This document shows positions 34,535 to 41,120 of a stretch of DNA of 64,000 nucleotides, piece after piece. Made by a program: the position numbers and the translations under genes. The notes under the pieces were generated by a model. That model was not told the origin of the DNA and ran no database searches. It saw nothing but the letters and a program-made list of their open reading frames with translations. The DNA lies in NCBI GenBank assembly GCA_964583105.1, contig CAZOUV010000004.1, forward strand, positions 2,996-66,995, written 5' to 3'. Each line of letters begins with the position of its first letter. Positions within the stretch are counted from its first letter, which is position 1. Source of the stretch: an uncultured Gammaproteobacteria bacterium (GTDB lineage: Bacteria > Patescibacteriota > Microgenomatia > UBA8517).

Positions 34535-34605
34535 CTTTTAATATCTGATTATCAATGGAATTAAGATCAAAATGAGTTCGAAGATCGTTCACTAGCTCAC
34601 CCTGA
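34535..34605 (+). repeat. array repeat copy 6 (distal, 3'-degenerate)
   Basis: CTTTTAATATCTGATtATCAaTgGAATTAaGATCAAAATGAGTTCGAAgATCGTTCACTAGCTCACCCTG, then diverges (no GAGTTTTTGAGGCC). Confidence 0.8.
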
Positions 34606-34991
34606 TTAGCTCCTCAAGAGTCTAATCTTTATGTGATATATTAATACCGGTATATATCGTAAAGAAGATATGAAAGTATAGTTAATTGATTCTCGAGCCA
34701 TTTGCGTAGTTTTATGTAATACTTGTAAAACAGTTGTTGCTCAGGATATGGGAACCCCAATTGATGTTGCAATCGTTATTAATCAAACAAGAGGTCATTT
34801 ATCCTGTCCATCGGTAGGTGCTAGCGTAGGTATGGTACACGAGATATTAACAGTTGATATGCAAACAGCCTATTCACAATCTGGTTTGCATTTAGAAAAG
34901 AAATTTACTGATTATAAGTAAAAGATTTAAAATCTTGTATATTCAGTAAGATGTTATCTAAAAGGCAAGGTTAATATATACTTGAAGTTAA

Positions 34992-35306
34992 TTATTTTGA
35001 AGAATGTTCCTTAGTCAGTATATATGGATAAAGATTTTTGTTTACGGTTAAAGTAAGTCCTCTTGGACACAATCCTGCACTTCTTTGATGTTCACAAGCA
35101 CAGAGTAATTTGCCTGAAAGCATGACCATAGATTTGGGTATTTCAACTTCTGTAATACCGGTGCAAGGTAAAGAAGAATCAAAAATACCCCTGGAAAAAG
35201 TTTGAGGAACTGTGCCTGATCCTTCAGTGGTCAAAAATCTGCAAGTACTATAAGTTATTATTTCTTCTTCCTGGTCATCAGAAATGGTTTGACGATCTGT
35301 TTCCAT
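34992..35306 (-). CDS. hypothetical Cys-rich small protein
   Basis: 104 aa with 7 Cys (CRF...PCTG...CACEH...GLCPRG), acidic N-terminus. Lies between the last repeat and the second C39-like gene. Confidence 0.35.
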   Translation of the reverse strand: METDRQTISDDQEEEIITYSTCRFLTTEGSGTVPQTFSRGIFDSSLPCTGITEVEIPKSMVMLSGKLLCACEHQRSAGLCPRGLTLTVNKNLYPYILTKEHSSK

Positions 35307-35451
35307 ATGTTCGAATTATACACATTTAATAGCATTTTTAAATAGGCATTTTTTATGAGTAAAATAATCAACAATATGTTAATGTAAACGATTAATTCAA
35401 TAACAGTTATAATAAATAGACACGCGTAATTGAAAAGATTAGAATTAAAAT

Positions 35452-35547
35452 ATGGAATCTACACTACTTGTAATTTTATTAATTGTAATTTTCCGTTCAG
35501 CCAGATCCATAATGAAGAATCTCAAAAGATCTTCAGGACATTTTTAA
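35452..35547 (+). CDS. possible 31-aa hydrophobic micro-protein (below ORF-track cutoff)
   Basis: MESTLLVILLIVIFRSARSIMKNLKRSSGHF: one TM helix plus a basic tail, ~55 bp upstream of the C39-like gene. No clear SD was seen. Confidence 0.15.
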   Translation: MESTLLVILLIVIFRSARSIMKNLKRSSGHF

Positions 35548-35603
35548 AAATAATAATTTTTTTATACTTGTAAGCAATTTTTTTCACAGATATAATTTTA
35601 TGT

Positions 35604-36110
35604 ATGAAGAAGGTATCTTCTTGGAAAAAATATCATAGATTCCAAAAAAGACCGGGGTGGTGCGGTCCTGCAGTTATTCAAATGCTACTGGCTAAATGCG
35701 GAAGGCGAATTCCTCAGGCTGAAATTGCCAAAGATGTCTATAAAGACTGGTGGGGAACTTCACAACAAATGATTCTTGCTTATTTAAGCAGGTTTTTTAA
35801 GCTTGTAAATTTTAAGGAAAATGCAACGTTTTCGGATATTACTGATCATCTAACTAAAGGTAACTTAATTATTGTTAACTGGTGGGATGATTTTGATGAA
35901 AATGATCCGGGGGGGCACTACTCAGTTGTTGCTGATTATGACAGTAAGCTTGCGGCACTTACCCTTGCAGATCCTTCAAATGAAAGACCTGGTATTTGGA
36001 CAATCTCTGAAACTGAATTTCGATCCAAATGGTACGACAGTTTGGATGTGCGTGACAAAAAATGGATTACAGGCTGGATGCTCTGGGTTGATCCCAAAAC
36101 TTTAATTTAA
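35604..36110 (+). CDS. stand-alone C39-like cysteine peptidase domain protein (paralogue of 32465..33064)
   Basis: RPGWCGPAVIQMLL (Q/C-G-x-A), GGHYSVVADYD (His) and LADPS (Asp) are the three C39 signature blocks. 168 aa, no signal peptide, no transporter domain. Confidence 0.6.
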   Translation: MKKVSSWKKYHRFQKRPGWCGPAVIQMLLAKCGRRIPQAEIAKDVYKDWWGTSQQMILAYLSRFFKLVNFKENATFSDITDHLTKGNLIIVNWWDDFDENDPGGHYSVVADYDSKLAALTLADPSNERPGIWTISETEFRSKWYDSLDVRDKKWITGWMLWVDPKTLI

Positions 36111-36112
36111 TT

Positions 36113-37438
36113 TTATTTTCTTGTAATTGTGTAGCTTGCGGGGTGAAAAAGAAAAGCAACCGGTGAATCTTCAAGTAAAAATCTTTGAAAATCCAAATAA
36201 ATCTTTTTTCTTTCACTTTGGTTTGTTACGGTTCTTCCATCTTCCAATAATTTATCTATTCTTGCATCTTTATAATTTGCCAAATTAGAAGCTATTTGGC
36301 TTGAATGCCACAATGAATACTGGTCTGGGTCGGTGGGAATGTCGACTATTGCAAGAAAAGCATCAAAATCTTCAGGAATATTCGATATTACCTGAACATT
36401 TACTGAAATTCCCAAATCTCTCCAGTTTTTTGCAATTATTTCAGCTTCCGTTAATAGAACAGGAGTTGTGGCTATATTTAAAGACAGATCTTTGGTTACT
36501 TCTTTTGATAAATCCTTCATTAGTTCCTTGGCTCTAGTCAAGTCATAATCATATGGCTTTACTTGAGGATTATATGCCCATGAATTGGGAGAAATCGGAC
36601 TCACTGCCCTAACCTGTTCAAAAGATTTTTTATCAATAGCGTAAGTTAAGGCTTGTCTTAAATTTTTATCCGAGGTCTTTTTTTCTTTGGCGTTATTGAA
36701 AAACACGGCAGTAAATCTTTCATAATCAACTTTCTTTTCGACATTAAGGGTTTTCCAATCGTAAAAAGGGAAGGGATTAAATATATCCACAAGCTGATCA
36801 ACATTTCCAAGTTTTAGAGCCAGCTTAGCTCTTTCTTCAGTGGGGTAAAATTTGTAGATAACATCTTTACCCATATTTCTAGAAAGTTTTATTTGTTCAA
36901 CAAAGCTACCTACAACGGTCACTTTCTTTACTTTCCACTCCCCCGTTCCCAGAAAACCTTTTTTAAATATCGGTTTGGAAAGTACTACAGGAAAAGGTGC
37001 AAAAGGAGTTTCTAAATTAAAAATTATTGTTTTTGAATCAGGTCTTTCAATTTCTACGTCAGAGTAACTTATTTTAATATCTTCACTTGTGATTTTTTTA
37101 CCATCCTGCCATTTTTTCCCCTGGTCAATATGAAAAATCCATTTTTTTCCACCATCCTGACTTTCCAATGATGATGCAATTCCCGGTTTGATTTCACCTT
37201 TTTCGTTTACTTTGGTTAATCCTTCGCCCACAATTAAAAGAATTTGATCAGGAATGTTGTCAAGTCTGTATCTGCCCACTAAAGCAATACGTTTATTTTG
37301 AGTTTGAAAAAAATTAGGGCCTAAAAATCTTAAACTTAAAAAAAACAAAATTCCTGATAATATGCTTAGTAGAATTACCCACTTAAATCGTATAATAAAA
37401 GCAGATATCAGGCTGAATATATACCTGAAATTTTTCAT
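36113..37438 (-). CDS. extracellular solute-binding protein family 5 (Opp/Dpp-type) homologue, N-terminally membrane anchored
   Basis: Family-5 SBP N-terminal pattern LVGRYRLDNIPDQILLIVGEGLTKVNEKGEIKPGIASSLESQDGGKKWIFHIDQGKKWQDGKKITSEDI. 441 aa, shorter than typical OppA. Confidence 0.55.
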   Translation of the reverse strand: MKNFRYIFSLISAFIIRFKWVILLSILSGILFFLSLRFLGPNFFQTQNKRIALVGRYRLDNIPDQILLIVGEGLTKVNEKGEIKPGIASSLESQDGGKKWIFHIDQGKKWQDGKKITSEDIKISYSDVEIERPDSKTIIFNLETPFAPFPVVLSKPIFKKGFLGTGEWKVKKVTVVGSFVEQIKLSRNMGKDVIYKFYPTEERAKLALKLGNVDQLVDIFNPFPFYDWKTLNVEKKVDYERFTAVFFNNAKEKKTSDKNLRQALTYAIDKKSFEQVRAVSPISPNSWAYNPQVKPYDYDLTRAKELMKDLSKEVTKDLSLNIATTPVLLTEAEIIAKNWRDLGISVNVQVISNIPEDFDAFLAIVDIPTDPDQYSLWHSSQIASNLANYKDARIDKLLEDGRTVTNQSERKKIYLDFQRFLLEDSPVAFLFHPASYTITRK

Positions 37439-37444
37439 CTTTAT

Positions 37445-37654
37445 TTATATGGCAAGAGAAATTATCGAAATCAGAACAAATAAACCAGCGGTAATAAAGG
37501 TTAGTTTATAGAGAAGTTTTTCTATACCTCGTCTTGAAAAAGATGTTCCTCCCCCGAAACTTCTACCCAAACCCGATCCTTTTGATTGAATTAAAATCAA
37601 AACGACAAGGAATATAGAAATAATTATCTGTATTACAAGAATTATATTTTTCAT
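37445..37654 (-). CDS. secG: preprotein translocase subunit SecG
   Basis: 69 aa, two TM helices flanking the Gly-rich loop LIQSKGSGLGRSFGGGTSFSRRG, as in SecG. Confidence 0.7.
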   Translation of the reverse strand: MKNIILVIQIIISIFLVVLILIQSKGSGLGRSFGGGTSFSRRGIEKLLYKLTFITAGLFVLISIISLAI

Positions 37655-38055
37655 CTAGATATGAGCCAGTGAAGTATAGAGGAAATTACTGAAATAACCA
37701 AAGAAAATGCAATTATTGCCAATATACCCGTTAAATTAACGCTTGGAATATCGATCCATTTAGAAGCAATTCCCGAAAATGAAAAGTTTAATATTTTAAA
37801 ACCAGGAACCAAAAGTGTAACTAAATATAAAGCTATGGCAGATGAAACCCATCTGAAAAGACCAAATGTAATTAAATTCAAAGGAAGAAGAAGTATGTTT
37901 ATTACCGGTTTAACCAAAAGTGAAAGGATGGAAAGTCCTATACCGGCTATTAAAATACTATTGATTCCATTTGCGAGGTTCATTCCTCCAAAGATAACCG
38001 ATGCTAAATAAAGTGAAAGCGTATTGGTGATATATATTTTCAAAATAGATTTCAT
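37651..38055 (-). CDS. DUF360 / phage-holin-family-4-like 4-TM membrane protein
   Basis: ILLLPLNLITFGLFRWVSSAIALYLVTLLVPGFKI matches the conserved core of the DUF360 family (...LTLPLTILTLGLF..V.NAL.L.L...LVPGF.V). Confidence 0.5.
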   Translation of the reverse strand: MKSILKIYITNTLSLYLASVIFGGMNLANGINSILIAGIGLSILSLLVKPVINILLLPLNLITFGLFRWVSSAIALYLVTLLVPGFKILNFSFSGIASKWIDIPSVNLTGILAIIAFSLVISVISSILHWLISR

Positions 38056-38057
38056 AA

Positions 38058-39311
38058 TTAAACTTTAATTAAATTCTTTTTAAATAGCAAGTTATGATAT
38101 TTTTTTGCAAATCTGTGAGACTCGTCCCTGATCCTAGTTATCAGATTCAGTGCATTATTATCAGGAAAGTCAATGTATTCTCTTCCTTTAGTTACAGCAA
38201 AAACGGGAATTGAGTATTTTATAAAGATGCTTTCAAATACTTTTTTTTGAGCTTTTCCTCCGTCAACTAATATTAAATTTGGTCTACCCCATTTTTTAAG
38301 ATTTCTCTCCCTTCTTAATGCAATTTCTTTCATTGCATCAATATCGTTATTTTTGGATAAATGTATTTTGAATCTTCTGTATAAAGATTTATCTGCATTT
38401 CCATTAATAAAAGTGACCATTGATGCTGTTGCAAAATATCCAGATATATGAGATACATCAAAACATTCAATTCTGTTTATATTATTAACATTAAGCACCT
38501 TTTCTAAAGACCTAAGCTCCATTAATCTTATATCTTCACTCATGTTGGGGTTTTCTAAAAATAGATCTTCTGAAGCAAATTTCTGGGTTATGTATTTTAT
38601 ATTATCAATTTGATTTCTTATAACAATCGCGTCTTCATATTTACCGTTTTTAGAATAACTTTCCATTTCTTTACTAAGGTTTTTTATAACGTTTTTGATG
38701 TTTCCATCAAGAATATCTTTAATGTGTTTTATGTTATTTAAATATCTTTGTTGAAGTTGTTTTTTTATTTTAAAATCTTTTATCTTTTCAATAACATTTG
38801 GGCAAGGGTTGCATAATTTTATTTGACTATAAATGCAAGGTTTTTTCCCAATTTTATGATCAGAATAGGGAAATATTTTTCTTAAAAATTTAAGTACCGA
38901 ATATACTTTTTGAGATGAAGGAAATGGTCCATATACATATAAAGAATCGGATTCATCATTTTTTCTGACAGCCTTGATAGTTGGATATTTAGTATTAGTT
39001 ATTTTGATATATAAAGCGTGTTTGTCGTCTTTGGCAATAAAATTATACATAGGTTGAAGTTTTTTAATAAGTTTAGATTCTAATAAAAGTGCCTCTAGCT
39101 CACTGGTAACCTGAAGATAGGAAATACTGGTAGCTTCCTTAACCATTAAGTCTGTTTTTGGAGCGAGATTTATTTGAAAATAGCTTTCTACTCTTTTTTT
39201 AATATTTACGGCCTTACCAACATAGATAACCTTCCCGTTTCTCAGGAATTTATATATTCCTGGGTTTTCTGGTAAAAACTTTTTTAATATTTGGTATTTT
39301 GATTTTTCCAA
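38058..39311 (-). CDS. uvrC: excinuclease ABC subunit C (short form without C-terminal HhH region)
   Basis: N-terminal GIY-YIG (PGIYKFLRNGKVIYVGKA...R...E), central UvrBC-interaction Cys region, and an RNase-H-like endonuclease domain (RIECFDVSHISG). 417 aa. It lies in the uvrA/uvrB neighbourhood. Confidence 0.75.
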   Translation of the reverse strand: MEKSKYQILKKFLPENPGIYKFLRNGKVIYVGKAVNIKKRVESYFQINLAPKTDLMVKEATSISYLQVTSELEALLLESKLIKKLQPMYNFIAKDDKHALYIKITNTKYPTIKAVRKNDESDSLYVYGPFPSSQKVYSVLKFLRKIFPYSDHKIGKKPCIYSQIKLCNPCPNVIEKIKDFKIKKQLQQRYLNNIKHIKDILDGNIKNVIKNLSKEMESYSKNGKYEDAIVIRNQIDNIKYITQKFASEDLFLENPNMSEDIRLMELRSLEKVLNVNNINRIECFDVSHISGYFATASMVTFINGNADKSLYRRFKIHLSKNNDIDAMKEIALRRERNLKKWGRPNLILVDGGKAQKKVFESIFIKYSIPVFAVTKGREYIDFPDNNALNLITRIRDESHRFAKKYHNLLFKKNLIKV

Positions 39312-41103
39312 GTTTTATTAATATTCCTAATGTAAAAATTAAAGTTATTAAAAATATTGAAGCTAAATTATAAATTATTACTTCTGTTTTTGCACCTTTA
39401 ATTTCAAGACTTTCTCCACCTGCCTCAATTTTAATAATATGAGGTGTTTTTCGACCCAAAAAGCTAAAGGGGATTTTAATGTCATATTCGCTTTTTGCGT
39501 AAGGAGTGATAACACTAATATTTTCACTATTTGCTTCCTTAAAATCAAAAAACACTTTTGAAATAAGGTTATAATCTGCGGTTGTTCCAATATTTTCCAA
39601 TTTTATGTGCATTTTTTGTGAAACAAAAGGAATAAATTTTTCTATTTTGGCTGATATTTTAATTTTGGGGGTTCTTTCCTTGGGAAGCTGACCAAAGTTT
39701 ACATAAACATCTTTTTGTGGATTTGGGCCAAGTTTATATGAACCGGGGGGATATGGTTTTTGAGGATCTTCACCGTGTATAACAAAAGTAAAATGTCTTA
39801 GATCAAGTTTATTAAAAAAATCTATTCCTCCGGTTGTTGATCCCCAAGTAGGGTCAATTGCAACCCAAGTTTTTTTATTTTTATCCCAATATTCAGGCCA
39901 AGAATGTAAAACATCTGAAACAAGTGAAAGAGGTTGAATTTTAGGATTTTCAGTATATGCAAAGCCATTTATTTCCCTGGCCGGTATATTGGCGGCTCTT
40001 GCTATAGCTATAAATAAATCGGTATACTCCATGCAGATTGCACTATCGGGATTTTTAAGAGCTTGAAGCGCACCAAAACGATCCAGGTTCGGTTTAACCC
40101 TAGTAATATCGTAATTCAGGTAATTAACCACAAAGTCGTAGATTTCTTTAGGTGTATTGTATTTATTTGCTAATTCGATAATGGCATAATCGTCTTTTTG
40201 CCAAAACTCGCTAGATTTTAAGTTTCTTGAAAGAACTTCATCGGAGGGAACAAAAAACTGTCTTGGGAATGAAAATATCTGAACAGATCCTTCCAATTTA
40301 ATATCTACTCTTTGTCTGGGAGTAAGTGTATATCTGGCCAACCAATTTCCATCCAAATCAACCTTAATATTGTCCGGCTTAGGATCAAGAGAGGAGTAAT
40401 ACACTTTCTGTAAAGAGGTATCTGGTGGTAAAGCGATATCAATTGTTGCAAATTTAATTAAAGGATTTTCCAGATGATAGGTCATATTGAAGGAAAAAAC
40501 CTGAAATTCTCCAAAACCGGCCATTATTCCCGTTTTGGAAATAATGTTTTTGTTAAAACTATAAATTTTATAGTCATCTTTTAATTCTTTTCTTCCAGGA
40601 TTCGGTGAAATATAGGCTTCTTCACCAAACGAATTTGGAACAACTAATGAAATGTCATAAGAATAAAAATCTGAATCTGAAGATAAACGTGGGATAGAAA
40701 TTTCCCAGACTTCTCCTGTCCTTTGTGCAATAGAAAAATCGTCATATGTAATATTAAATGTTCGTTTATTGCCACGGCCAACAACAGAATTAGTAAAAGT
40801 AATAACTATATTTGTTTTTGTGTCATTGATAGTTGTTTCAACAGGAAGCTTTTTACCTTCTTCGTAGGCATTAATATTACCGGCTTTAATATTATCAAGG
40901 CTTAGTGTATAGGCTGTTGCGTAAAAATCAGTATAGAGATTTTCAAGAGTTACCCGATTTGTTATTGTTGTTATTCCCGATTCATTTACTTTATATGTAA
41001 CTTCAATGGATGTTTTAAATTTATCTTCTGCAAATACACTATTACTAGAAAGAAAAAATACAATAATCAAACAAAAAAGTATATTTACTATTTTTTGAAA
41101 CAT
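39250..41103 (-). CDS. secreted, C-terminally membrane-anchored transglutaminase-like cysteine protease domain protein
   Basis: Signal peptide, then a transglutaminase-core Cys/His/Asp arrangement: PDSAICMEYTDLFIAIARAANIPAREINGFAY...VLHSWPEYWD...WVAIDPT. C-terminal TM helix. The 3' end overlaps the uvrC start by ~60 bp. Confidence 0.55.
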   Translation of the reverse strand: MFQKIVNILFCLIIVFFLSSNSVFAEDKFKTSIEVTYKVNESGITTITNRVTLENLYTDFYATAYTLSLDNIKAGNINAYEEGKKLPVETTINDTKTNIVITFTNSVVGRGNKRTFNITYDDFSIAQRTGEVWEISIPRLSSDSDFYSYDISLVVPNSFGEEAYISPNPGRKELKDDYKIYSFNKNIISKTGIMAGFGEFQVFSFNMTYHLENPLIKFATIDIALPPDTSLQKVYYSSLDPKPDNIKVDLDGNWLARYTLTPRQRVDIKLEGSVQIFSFPRQFFVPSDEVLSRNLKSSEFWQKDDYAIIELANKYNTPKEIYDFVVNYLNYDITRVKPNLDRFGALQALKNPDSAICMEYTDLFIAIARAANIPAREINGFAYTENPKIQPLSLVSDVLHSWPEYWDKNKKTWVAIDPTWGSTTGGIDFFNKLDLRHFTFVIHGEDPQKPYPPGSYKLGPNPQKDVYVNFGQLPKERTPKIKISAKIEKFIPFVSQKMHIKLENIGTTADYNLISKVFFDFKEANSENISVITPYAKSEYDIKIPFSFLGRKTPHIIKIEAGGESLEIKGAKTEVIIYNLASIFLITLIFTLGILIKLGKIKIPNIKKVFTRKPRNI

Positions 41104-41120
41104 ATGTTACAAAGTATAGA

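Noticed and set aside
29890-34605. Could the regularly spaced repeats be a CRISPR array?
   Set aside because: Repeats are ~81 bp and the 'spacers' are 300-1300 bp and contain full genes. There are no cas genes. This is not CRISPR.
34682-34921. 57-aa plus-strand ORF (MGTPIDVAIVINQTRGHLSCPSVGASVGMVHEILTVDMQ...) after the last repeat
   Set aside because: Below size cutoff, no RBS or motif. Could be a decayed cassette remnant. Not called.
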